Source of the DNA: the human T2T-CHM13v2.0 reference genome, Homo sapiens
DNA: 64,000 nt
Direction: 5' to 3' (one strand)
Assembly: GCF_009914755.1 (NCBI RefSeq)
Contig: NC_060934.1
A program made the translations under genes and the position numbers. The notes below the pieces were generated by a model. It ran no database searches. It saw nothing but the letters and a program-made list of their open reading frames with translations, and was not told where the DNA came from. Position 1 is the stretch's first letter. Each line of letters starts with the position of its first letter. Shown here piece by piece: positions 45,956 through 58,730 of the stretch.

Positions 45956-46380
<425 letters not shown>

Positions 46381-46419
46381 TTAAGGATACAGGGTTGGGT
46401 GTAAGCAGCAGGTTCCTTA

Positions 46420-46630
46420 GCAATGTGTGCAGTATGAGCCCAATTTAAAACAAAACAAAACAAAACAAAAATTATCACCGGAATTCTAGGTAGATCTCTG
46501 GCTACTGAGCCTATGGGTGATATTCATTTTCCTCCTATATCACCTATATGTGTTTCCCATATTTTTCAAATGTGCTATAATGAGCATGTAGACACAATGA
46601 CCTCTGAAAGCAGAAATAAAAAACAATAAA
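46420..46630 (+). mobile_element. L1ME 3' end fragment
   Basis: tatgggtgatattcatttt...ctataatgagcatgta...aataaa. Confidence 0.45.
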
Positions 46631-48399
46631 TGTCCTAAGAGAAAAATTAAACTGTGCTGGCTCACAGCACGGCAGGTCCGATTCACTGATGCAGTCTCCA
46701 TTCTGGAAGATTTCTGTGTTTGTGCCCAGAAGGGAAAACAAAGGCAGCAGACGGAGTCTGTGAGGAAATCTACTGGAAACAACATCCTGAGTGAGGAAAG
46801 CAACAAAAGAGCCACCTCCCTAAAAGCAGCCCAAAGTGGCAATTCAAATAGTAAAAATGACGCAGGGATTTGGAAACAAAATCCCAGCTTGCAGTCAGAG
46901 CTTCCTGAGCCAGTGAAAACAGCAAGTGCGGAAGAGGAAGCCCAGGCTGCCCCATGTCCCCAGGGTCCACGGCTGCCACCTTTGCCAGGACCCCTGGGGG
47001 CTCAGAGAGAGCTCCATTCTTCTCCTCCCAGGTGGAGGGTCAGCCCTGTGCCCCAGGTGCCCAGCAGTCTAGGGGGCATGCCAAGTTTTCCCTGTGGGGA
47101 GCAAGGCTGCCCTTGGACAGGAACCCAGAAATGGCCTGAGCCGGGCCGGGCATGTGTTTCACCTCAGGCCACCTGCTTCCTGCTGGGCTGCGCAGCCGGG
47201 AGCCAGCGAGGCGGACACAATGGGCAAGACCCACGTCACTTTCTTAGGGAAAGAAAATTACTCTTTGTGGACCGAGAGATCAAGACAGGATATCTATAAG
47301 TGTTTAAAGAAAAGCCCAGTCTGCAGTCCCCTCCCTCCCCAAGCACTTCCGAAATGTCCCTCAACACACCCGGCTCTTTAAATATCCAAACCCAGAATAA
47401 ATGTGCACACAGCATTTCCCCCAGCAACGGGGTCCACGCGGCTGCCAGCTGAGTCACAGATGTTAGAGCTGGGCCGGGCCTCTGAGATCACCAAGTTCAG
47501 GCTAAGAGCAGAATGACCAGCTCTCGGTGCTTCTTCCCTGTGCAGACACTTGCTGGCTGTGTCACTGCTGGGCACCTCTCCTCTCTCAGTGGCTCCCTGG
47601 GCTGTGCTGGTGCCACTCAGGTCTCCCTGTGCCCTTAATAACCACTGAGCCACCCAGCCTAGGCTGCTAGGGCCATGCTTTTAAATGAGATGCTGAGTCT
47701 AGAGAGGAAAAAGGACTCGCTGCATTGCACAACCTGTTCCTGGCGTAACTGGAGCTAAAACCTGGCGTGACTCGTCTCCTCCAGCTCTTTCCTGGACTCT
47801 CATGGACGTCTTGCGTCTGACGATTGTTTTGTGGGGCCATCCTGTGATGGTGCGGGTGATTGCTATAGATTACAAGCTGTTGAATGTACTTTCTTTGAGA
47901 TCCCTCCAGATAGGTTTAGACAGGCATTTTCTTAAGTTTTGGATTTTTATCAACTTGGACTATATCTATGGTTTGGTTTTGTTTTTCATAAAAATTCTTT
48001 TTGGCCTCTGGTAAAGATAAATTCCACCAGACCTCAAAATGTGAAACAGACACAAGCAGACCTGATCTGGTTGGAGCAGGAGCAAAATCCCAAAGCTCCC
48101 TCTCCTACAGCCTCCCTCTGCTGCACAACCCCCATGTCCTGGGACTCATAGCTCTGAGCAATCATTTGCAAAACACTGGGCCGTCAGTATCTGATGGACT
48201 TGCTCGTATCTGAGAATCTGTGATTCGTGATTATGTGACTGTAGATAATGAAGAAAACATCCCCAGGTTCCTACCCTATCCTCCACCTAACTTGGCAGCA
48301 TAGAGTAACAAATAAGGATGAGGAGAGTTCTGACAGGTGTGCTAAATTTAAATGCACCCAGGGGTCATCAGTGAAATGTACACGCCCAAGCCCAAAATA

Positions 48400-49400
48400 A
48401 ATCATTCATTCTTTCATTCCTCCAACAAAAATCGACTGCTAGGCACAGCAGATTATATGCAGGAAAGTAATTCACAGCCTTTATTCTTAAGGAGGTTTGG
48501 GTTTTATGTAAGAAAATCTGACATCTAAATACAAAGAAAATTATAAACACTTCCAATATAATGTCTTTCAGATTTTCATGATCAAGAGCCGCCCTTTCCA
48601 GCAAGAATCACCATCAATGGCTTCATGGAAGAAGTGGCATTTGAAGAATAGTGTGATTTTGACAGGTGGAGCTGGGAGAGGAGGGCACTTCAGAATGAGG
48701 AAGCAGCATATTCAAAGGCCTGGGGGCCATTTGGTCATACAGGCTGAACCATATTCACCTCTAGGAAGCACATTCAGGTAATAGTGAAGGGAAGGGCAGC
48801 CATGGAATCAGCCACGTGGCAGCCCTGCTGGAAAGCACAGGTGTGTTCAAGAAATCCTGAGCTTGGGCACACCATGGGAGGGATCTGAATGGGGAAGCAG
48901 AGAGATCAGGCAGGGACCAGGGCGTGGAGGGCCTGGAAAGCCAGACAAAGGCTGCACACAGTGGGAAGTTGCTAAGCATTTTTGAGCAGGTAAGTGGCAA
49001 CAGGGTCAAGCTTTCGGAAGCTAGGCCTAGCCATGGTATGAGGGTGAAATGGGAGGAAAGGGATGGAAGGCCAGGATGTGGTTGAAATTACCGCTGCAAT
49101 AAAGGGGACAGGGAAAGGGCCAACTGTCGGTGGGGCAGGTGGTGTGGCTGGAAAAGAAGGGATAGGTGCAAGAGAATTTTTTAAAGTCCCGGGAAAATCA
49201 GCCAGGCTTGACAAATAACTGACTTTGGAGGTCAGAGGAGTGGAACAGTCAGAGGGACCAGCCGGCCTGTTCTGGGAACCTGGGGAAGGAGTGGGGGTCT
49301 TTTGCACTTTTACGGGAGACCACAGGTGTTTCTGCAACTGGATAGGCAAACGAGAAGTTCGATTTTAGGCCTGGAATGTCTGAGATGTTGGAGAGAGAGC
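48400..49400 (-). mobile_element. L2
   Basis: tcattcattctttcattcctccaacaaaa 3' end; purine-rich L2 body. Confidence 0.6.
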
Positions 49401-51339
49401 CAGTTCAAAGTACCAGCTCTACCCCAAGCAAGGCTTTCTTTATGTCACCACACACATGTGCACAAAAACTCCTCTTAGTGTTGATAGTGAAACAGCCTGA
49501 CTTGGAAGGAGGGTTATCGATTCCAATAGGCCCCATACTGCATTTTCTCCATCTGATTTCTCTCGCCTTCTTCTCTCCTTCCCAGGGAACATGGGGCTCA
49601 ATGTGAGAGAAAGTCAAAAATGCAACTTCCTTATGGCAAATATGGGCAACAATTAGAAGAGCAAGGAAGGGGAATTCCCCCCGGCCCCATATTTTCCAGC
49701 TGAGCTGTGCTTGTCAGGGTAAACAGCGACAAAAATAATCACAGTTGCTTGCCACTTGGAATACTATTATCTGAACAGTTGGTGGATATGAACTGTTTTT
49801 AAAACGGGCTATCAAAACAAACCCAGGGAGAACATCTGTGGGGCCACGGGCCTGCGAGCCAGCTAAGGAAGGAAGCCATAACCCGGCAGCCTCTCCATCA
49901 AGTGTCCTTGCTGGGCAGGCGAGGGGGCGTCCCAACGATCACGAGGATGGGATGGGGTGGCCCAGGGTGGGAGGAGGCAAAAACAGGAAAGCAAGGGTCC
50001 GGCATGCAAACCAATTCTGAGCAACATACAGAAATGCAACTTCTAGAAACAATGAGGCGTAGGTAACGCCGGACCTCGAGCAGCGATGGGAGGACGGGGT
50101 GGCTGCAGGTTCCACTGAAATAGCTTTAGGGCCTGGGGAAATCTGCAGTGAAAACATCGCATGTTATTTATAGCCATAAGTTGAAATCCGTGTTATTTAG
50201 TATGATGTTTATAAAAAATAAATGGTAGGCGGCCTTTCCTTCCTTGCTTCTCTGGCTGTCGAAGAAAGGTTTTTAGGTGCATACTTCTCTGCTTTGTTTA
50301 GCTTATTTTGCTTTTTAAAAAATGTAACGAATGAGGGCAAGGATAACAACTGTTCATTATTTAAAAGCTCAAATGAAACCCAGGCTGAGGCACCTGAACT
50401 TCCTGGAGGGAAAAGACAGGGAACCAGAGAGTGGGCGCCACGGTGGGAGAGCCGTGTCCCGCAAAGCCCAGATCCCTTCTTTCCTTCTCTTTGACCTGGG
50501 GCAGGGAACAGCTTTCAAAACAAAATTCTTACAGGGGGTTTTGTTTGTGGTCTTTGTGTGTGGTGAGTTTTTTTTAAGTAGAGAAAGGATTTCCACCGGC
50601 AGAATTGTTTCCTCCCCTCTATTCTGGTCCCCTAATCCCCTCAATAAACCTCATAAACACTCCCCGACTCTCTCTCTTGGGTCTCCCCATTGTGTGGGGT
50701 GCTTGTGTAAAAACTAATTGTACCCTATGGTTGAAGAATAAGAGGGCGGGTTTGATGTTTTGGGGGACAAGTTCAATTAAAGGAGGGAATGGAGATTATT
50801 TGAATGCCCTCTGGGCTGCAGATCTAAGGCCAGTTTTATTAGTAATTCTCCACTCAGTTTTATTAGTCATAAATACGATATTTAGATCTTAAAAACAAAA
50901 GCAACTGATGGCCCATGGGTTCATGTGCCAACTGCAGCCTGGAACAAGGGGAACAGTGATTGGAGATATGGCAAGAAGCCTGTAATCTTTGATGCAGAGG
51001 CTCTAGAACTGTCTTCCTCTTCTGCCCTGCCTGGGTGGGGTCCCACACAGAGAGCCCTGCCAGCCTCCCTGAGCCACGTTCTCTCTCTCTCCTCCCAGCC
51101 GTGAGAAACCGTGGCTTTGGGGATCCCATGGCCCCAAGGATGGAGAGTTCTCTAGCCAGAGCTGAAGGGACAGTCTTGGAGACTCCCAGACAGCACTCCG
51201 GGGGGCCTGGGAGGCAGGAGGCCCAGGAGGATTTCCTCTCTAAAGAGCCTGTCACTGTTCGGGGCTTTCCTTGCCCAGCATAAGGAAAACCTCATCTTTC
51301 AGCAATCACTGGCTCTCCAGATGAGTCCTTGAGAAGACC

Positions 51340-54300
51340 AGAGTGGAAGCAGCTTTGGAACTGGGTAATGGGTAGATGCTGGAACTGTTTTGAAGTGACT
51401 GCTGGAAAAAGCCTGTAATGCTTTGAATGCATTAATGATTATTCTGGCAAGGGCTCAAAACAAGAGAATAGATGCAGAAAAAGACTAAAACTTCTTAAAG
51501 ATTACCTACCTGGTTGTGAGGGACCTGGTGGGAGGTGATTAGATCATGGAGGCGGACTTCCCCCTTGCTGTTCTTGTGATAGTGAGTGAGTTCTCATGAG
51601 ATCTGGTTGTTTAAAAGTATGTAGCACTTCCCCTTTCACTCTTTTTCTCCCGCTCCACCATGGAAGAAGGTGCTTGCTTCCTCTTCACCCTCTGCAATGG
51701 TTCTAAGTTTCCCCAGGTCTCCCCAGCCATGCCTCCTGTACAGCCTGTGAAACTGGGTTGATTAAACCTCTTTTCTTTATAAATTACCCAGTCTTAGGTA
51801 GTTCTTTATAGCAGTGTGAGAATAGACTAATACAGAAAATTGATACCAGAGAAGTGGGGCATTGATATAAAGATACCTGAAAATGTGGAAGTGACTTTGG
51901 AACTGAGAAATGGACAGAGGTTGGAACAGTTTGGAGGGCTCAGAGGAAGATAGGAAGATGAGGGAAAGTTTGGAACTTCCTAGAGACTTGTTGAATGATT
52001 GTGACCAAGATGCTGAAAATGACATGAACGGTGAAATCCAGGCTGAGGTGGTCTCAGACAGAGGAACTTATTAGGAACTGGAGTAAAGGTCACTCTTGCT
52101 ATACTTTAGCAAAGAGACTGGCAGGCATTGTGCCCCTGCTCTAAAGATTTGTGGAACTTTGAACTTGAGAGAGATGATTTAGGGTATCTGGCAGAAGAAA
52201 TTTCTAAGCAGCAAAGTATTCAGGATATGGCCTGGCTGCCTCTAACAGCCCACATTTATTTGTATAAACAAAGAAGTGACCTGAAACTAGAACTTATATT
52301 TAAAAGGGAAGCAGAGCATAAACGTTTAAAAAATTTTCAGCCTAAACATGCAATAGTAAAGAAAAACCTATGTTCTGAGGAGGAATTCAAGGCTGTAGAA
52401 ATTTGCATAAGTAAAGAAGAGCCAAATGTTAATAGCCAAGACAAAGGGGAAAATGCCTCCAGGGCATTTCAGAGACCTTAGCGGCAGCCCCTCCCATCAC
52501 AGGCCCGGAGGCCTAGGAGGGAAAAATGGTTTCATGGGCCAGGCCCAGGACCCTACTTCTCTGTGCAGCCTTGAGACATGATGCCCTGCATCTCAGCCAC
52601 TCCAGCTCCAGCCATGGCTAAAAAGATCCAAGGTAAGCTTGGGCCACTGCTTCAGAGGGTAAAAGCCCCAAGTCTTGGTGGCTTTCATGTGGTGTTGGGC
52701 CTGTGGGTATACAGAGGCAAGAGTTGGGGTTTGGGAGCTTCTGCCTAGATTTCAGAGGACGTAAAGAAATGCCTGGATGTGCAGGCAGAAGTCTGCTGCA
52801 GAAGCAGGGCCCTCGTGGAGAACTTCTACTAGGGCAGTGCAGAGGGGAAATGTGGGGTTGGATCCCTCACATGGAGTCCCCATTGGCGTACTGCCTAGTG
52901 GAGCTGTAAGAAAAGGGCCACTGTCCTCCAGATCCCAGAATGGTAGATCCACCAACAGCTTGCACCATGTGCCTGGAAAAGCCACAGACACTCAGTGCCA
53001 GCCTGTGAAAGCAGCTGTGAAAGCACATGGGGTCATGTGGACTGGGGCAGTGTGGAGTGCCATACCCTGCAGAGCCACAGGGGTAAAGCTGCCTAAGACC
53101 TAGTGATCCCACCCCTTGCATCATTGTGACCTGGATGTGAGACACAGAGTTAAAGGAGATTATTTTGGAGCTTTAAGATGTAATGACTACCCTGCTGGGT
53201 TTTGGACTTGCAAGGGGCCTGTAGTCCGTTTGTTTTGGCCAATTTCTTCCTTTTGGGTTGGGGGCATTTACCCAACGCCTGTTCCTCCATTGTATCTTGG
53301 AAGTAACTAACTTGTTTTTAATTTAACAGGCTCATAGGCAGAAAGGACTTGCCTTGTCTCTGATGAGACTTTGAACATCAACTTTTGAGTTAATGCTGGA
53401 ACAAGTTAAGACTTTGGGGGGCTATTGGAAAGGCTTTATTATGTTTTGAAATGTAAAAGGGACATGAGATTTGGCAGGGGCCAGGGGTGGATTGATATGG
53501 TTTGGCTCTGTGTCCCCATGCAAATCTCATGTCAAATTATAATTCCCAATGTTGAAGGAGGGACCCGGTGGGAGGTGATTGGGATTATGGAAGCAGATTT
53601 CTCCCTTGTTGTTCTTCTGATAGTGATCAGAAGATCTGGTTGTTCTCTGGAAGAGATCAGTGCCTAGGGCCCAACAGGAAAACAAGTGGCCAACCAGAGA
53701 GCTGGAATGGGGAGCAGTGGGAAGGGGGAGCATGCGGTCTACAGCAGTGAGAGGTAGGCACAGAGCCAGCCTGGGGGGTGAATGGCACAGGACACTAGAG
53801 AGGCAGGACAGGCCTCATGACTATTGCCACACATCCCTTCTGCCTCTTGGCTTGGGTTTGGATAGACAAACCCAAGCCAAGATCTCACAAGATCTGGTTG
53901 TTTAAAAGTGTGTAGCACTTCACACTTTACCCTCTCTCCTGCTCTGCCATGTGAAGAAGGTGCTTGCTTCCCCTTCACCTTCTGCCATGATTTTAAGTTT
54001 CCTGAGGCCTCCCCAGCCATGCTTCCTGTACAGCCTGCAGAACTGTGAGCCATTTCAACCTATTTTCTTTGTAAATTACCCAGTCTCAGGTATTTTTTTA
54101 TAGCAGTGTGAGAACAGACTAATACAAAGGCAGAACTTAAAGGCAATGAACTACGATATCTAGTGGAAGAAATATCTAAGCAGCAAAGCATTCACGGTGC
54201 TGTGTGGCTTCTTTGAATTGCATATAGTAAAATTCAAGAGAAGATAAATGATGTAAAGATGAAATTTGTTATTAAAAGGGAAGCAGAAAAGAAATATTTG

Positions 54301-54381
54301 GAAAAGTCTCAGACTGGTCATATAAAGAATAAAAAGTGTTTGTGAGAGAATACTAAGAGTGTGACCAAGCCACTGTTTGCT
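51340..54381 (+). mobile_element. Older MaLR internal fragment (51340-51517 and 54127-54381) hosting the MSTA provirus
   Basis: gtggaagcagctttggaactgggtaatgggtaga and gaagaaatatctaagcagcaaagcattca are paralogous to, but diverged from, the MSTA internal region. Confidence 0.7.
51518..54126 (+). mobile_element. MSTA provirus: 5'-truncated LTR (51518-51834), internal region (51835-53492), 3' LTR (53493-54126)
   Basis: Two paralogous LTRs ending gactaataca; MaLR internal ORF remnants (CPCSKDLWNFELERDDLGYLAEEISKQQSIQD). Confidence 0.93.
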
Positions 54382-54629
54382 CCTCTTTTTATAAAAGTGA
54401 GAGTGAGAGACGATGAGAGGTGAGTTGGGAAGGGTGAGGAGGAAGGCAGTAAAAATGAGACCAAGATGACAGAAAGGTGTGGGGTAAAGGGAAGCAAATG
54501 GGGCTGAAAAAAAATAAGGAAGAAAGGAAATGCACATTTATTCCACTTTTCCTGAGTGCCAGAAGAATACTAGGTATCTGCTGGGGCAGAGGTCCCCACA
54601 CAAAGGTAATTTCATGAATGAAAGGATGC

Positions 54630-54770
54630 TCCATTCATTCATTTGTTCATCAGATATGTTTCGAAGCATTTCCTATGTGTCAGACACTGTTGTAACCATT
54701 GGTCACATGACAGAATGAAACCAAGGACAATGCCTGCCCTCATGGGGTCATGTGGACTGGGGCAGTGTGG
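54630..54770 (-). mobile_element. L2 3' fragment
   Basis: ccattcattcatttg...cctatgtgtcagacactgt...cctgccctcatgg. Confidence 0.55.
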
Positions 54771-55809
54771 AGTGCCATGGATGTTAGCTCACTCACTCAC
54801 AGCAACTCCAAGAGGCTTGGAGAAGGTTATTGAGTTGCTCAAGGTCCTGTGGCCAGTAAGTGGTCAAGAGGGCCTTTCGACGAGGATTTCCTTGGCTTTA
54901 AGTCAAAACCTACTGAAAAAAGGAAAGCCCTGTGCTTTGAGAGGGTCACAGCAGGAAGTACCCAACATTCTTATGGGAATGGTACCAAGAAAATGTAGGC
55001 ATCTCTGACAAAGCTGCCCTAGAACAGCCTCAGCTGGTACCTGGGGGCACTCCATATTGGCATTGAGAACATTAATTCCTCCTGAATTCAGGAGCTGAAG
55101 CTCAGGCATGGGCTGTGGAGCTGGCCTTGGGGTTTGAGTTTGGGTGAGGGTGTCAGGGAACCCATGTCTCTCTCCTCATCCCAATTTGGTCTCCAAGCCT
55201 CTGCCTTCCACACTGCCAACCTCCACCAGCTCTTGAGTCTTGTCTCTCCAAACCCAAGCCAAGAGGCAGAAGGAATGTGTGGCAGTAGTCATGAGGCCCG
55301 TCCTGCCTCTCTAGTGTCCTGTGCCATTCACCCCCCAGGCTGGCTCTGTGCCCACCTCTCACTGCTGCAGACCCCAGGCTCCCCCATCCCTCTGCTCCCC
55401 ATTCCAGCTCTCTGGTTGGCCACCTGTTTTCCTGCTGGGCCCTAGGCACTGATCTCTTCCATCTCCGCTTCCTTCCTGGCCTTCCTCTCATTCATGCAGG
55501 ATCTTTCCCTGTCTCGGGGGTTCTACATGCCTATCCGTGGGTTTGCAAAGCCTGACAGCCCTGCAATATGGGCTTGGTCCTGCTGTCCCTCTGGAAGCCC
55601 AAATTCACAACAATGAACTCACTTTCTTTCCCTGGATGAGCTGCTCCAAAGTTCAGCACCTCAGTAAGTGCTCCAATATCGTTCCTGCCACTCCAGCGGG
55701 GGCCTCCTCCCCTTCCCCATGCCACCCCCAAGCACGAAGGGGGTGTCCCCATCTCCAGTACTCCTACTTAGTCCTTAGCCTCCTGCCCACTGCACCCTCC
55801 CAACCCCTT

Positions 55810-56430
55810 CCCCAGATGTTATCCAGGATGAGCACTTGAAGATACAAGCCTGATTATCTCATTCGAACCAACCAACTCTTGTAGATCTTGAGCTTTTTAA
55901 AGCTTCTTTTTGGGCTTCCTTTTGCTAACAGACTTTTCTCAGTCTGATTCTAGCATGTCTTTTCAAGCCTCTGGTCCTATACCCCTTCACAGGCCTCCTG
56001 CTACACGCATACACACACATGTACACACACACACACACACACACACCATACTCTGGCCACGCCCATCTAGTTATTCACACGTGCAGTCCCTGACAGAGTG
56101 CCAACATTTGCACTTGAGACATGACACTGATGCTTGTTACATTTATTAAACATACCACATGTATATGTCTTCTGTGCTTTTCCTCCTATTATTCCCTCTG
56201 TTGGGAATGTCATCCTCCCTTTCAGCCTAACATAGTCCTAGCCCTTCTCTTCAGGACCTGGCCCAACAGCACCTCCTCCATGAAACCTGCTTCCCTGATG
56301 TGTCTCTTACATTCCCACCATCCAAAAACTGACAGCTCTTGCAGGAGGGAGCCATGACGTGCTCATCTTCTGCATCTGCAGCTGGTGCCAGGGACCAGTA
56401 CATTTGCTGCATGAGTGAATGAACCAACGT
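55810..56430 (+). mobile_element. L2 fragment with embedded (CA)n (about 56023-56047)
   Basis: cacctcctccatgaaacctgc...catttgctgcatgagtgaatgaa. Confidence 0.5.
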
Positions 56431-58596
56431 CCCAGCAATTCCTGAGCATTCTTAAGGCTGGTCTGTCTCCCCCAGGAAGCCTGGGCCCCCAGCGTCACCG
56501 AGCTGTGCACACAGAGAGATAATCATCTTAGTGTCCCTCTGGACCCGGAAGCTGGGTGGTGTCGCTAAGAAAGCCAGAACTGCTTTGCCTTCTATATTGC
56601 TACTGAAATTTGCAACTCAAGTGTTGCATAACCAAGGGAACCTGGCTTCCCTCTGAACATCCCTCCCACTTAGTTTGAGAAATAGAGAAAGAGCCAAAGT
56701 TAGGTCAAGACTCACCTGAGGAGTCCCCTGGCCCACCATCGAGGTCATGCCTGTCACTCCCCAGGCTGCCCCTCCCGGGGAACAGGGTCATGCAGGGTTA
56801 GGGGGCAGCTCACTCCCAGTGGGTAACTGGATTGCCCTGGGGAGGGGAACAAAGAGTGAGAGCATAGGCCGTTCTCACTTCAGACCAGGGAGATTGCGCA
56901 CTCTCCCTCCTTCCCTCTTGGAGGGAACATCTGCAATTCAGGGACTTCTGCAAAAATTTCACACTCAGGGCTAAGAGCAATTCTATTTCTTGGAGGATTC
57001 TAACTTGGCTTAGAGGAGGTTTTTACCCTCCTCCAGTTAAATGGACCAAGTATGTGGGAAATTACCTCACAGAGTCATGCCACCAACACCAAATGAGAGC
57101 CATCTGTACAGATGAAACAGTTAGGAGCTTTTGTGTCACTGCGGGCCGAAATGTGTAGCCCATTCATTGTGAGAGGAGGCACTTTATTCCTGAGTTTCTT
57201 TTTTTTTTCTAACACAGAAGACGCCTCAGTCAGCGCGTAGGAAACAGGAAGGAACCCGTTGTTTTAAATAGCAGACAGCAGAGAATTGACTCATTATGGT
57301 CTGCTTGCTCCGAGAGTGTCAGCCAGAAGGCAGCCAGCCCAGCCCCCACAGCCCCAAGACAAGGGTCAGGGGGCATGGCTGGGATTTTCTCACAGGGAGT
57401 CTGAGAGAATCCAGTTCAAACCCTTTTCAGAGGGAACTGGTGAAGCCCTAGGTTTCTATCTTACTAGAGACTTCACCACACAGGGCTGTCTTAAAAAAAT
57501 ATAAGAATAAGAAAAGACAAAAACAAAAGCCCCCGTAAAAACCTACAAGAATACCTGGAAGTCAGACATCCTGTGTTTCCCTTTCCTACCCCGAATGACT
57601 CGGAGTAGGACAAACACAGTTGCAAGCCTGCTTTCTTATCTTGGCAATTGCTTCTTTTCACTCTTCTGGGGTTTACAACAGTTGGCCCAGGGGTGTGAGG
57701 GAACAGAAGGGAGCAGCATCTGCTGGGACAGAGGGCCCTACACAAAGGTAATTTCATGCAGGGAAAATGCACCCCCCCACCCAATCCCAGGCTGCTGGGC
57801 CCAGGAGCCCAAGGGTTAATCTGTCTCAAATCCATCACTGTGACAGCCAAGCACACAAATTAGTCCTGCCCAAGCTGTCCCGACCTCTGAATTTAATTTT
57901 TTAAAAGTGCTTTGTATTGTTTCTGATGTTCAGATTGGAGTCCAGGTGTCGTGATGGAACCCGGGGGAGATGAGAGGGTAAGACCCTCGTGTACTGCATC
58001 TCACATCACCCTCCAATGTCCTGTGTCTTCTTTGTCAAGGCAGACTAAGGGTGACCTAATTTCCAACACGCAGGCCCAGAAACCTTGAAACTGACCAGCT
58101 CGAGCCTCCTTGTAAGCCTCTCCAGCTGTGAAAATCCCCTGGCTCGTAGTCCTATGTCGTCCACATGATGCTTTTCCTGCATTTTGCAGACAACTGCTGA
58201 TCCCCAAGGGCGGGCCATGCATGGCTGTATCTCCCATCCAGAGAACATCTACAAAGCTCACGCAGCCATGGGGTCTCATAGTTTGACCTGAAACTGATGG
58301 TGACTCCTGTCACCAACAGGAGTGGTCAAAACATCCTTTCTGGAGTATTAAGTGTTTGTAGAACCCTGGACATTTATGGTGGCAGAGTGTGTAGCAGCCT
58401 CAAGGAGAAATCTTCCCCCTCCATTGCCCCTTTCTAGAATCACACCAAATAATTGGGGTTCTCACCAGAGTCTGGAGGCAATCCCAGAGACTGAGGAAGG
58501 GGAGAGCCTTCCACTTTTCCATTTCTCCCAAGCCATTTTGTATGCCTACAGGTGTCAGTATAAACCAAAGAATGTGCCTTGTCTCAGATGAAAAGT

Positions 58597-58730
58597 TAGA
58601 GTAACCATATAATTTATTGTCTAAACCTGGACACCGATGAGAGTGAAAAGGAGAGCTATTAATAACGATGCCAGAACGACAGGTGTAGATGGTGACTGTC
58701 CCAGGCAAACTGGGACATATGGTCATGCTA
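58597..58730 (+). mobile_element. MER94 (hAT-Blackjack)
   Basis: tagagtaaccatataatttattgtctaaac...gggacatatggtcatgcta, 134 bp with TIRs. Confidence 0.8.

Noticed and set aside
46760-47299. 179-aa Pro/Gly-rich ORF
   Set aside because: Non-ATG start (gtg), GC-rich chance ORF, no recognisable family.
53660-55491. Near-identical ORFs (PRAQQEN.WPTRELEWGA...) as a paralogous gene pair
   Set aside because: Fully explained by the 222-bp inverted duplication; no coding evidence.
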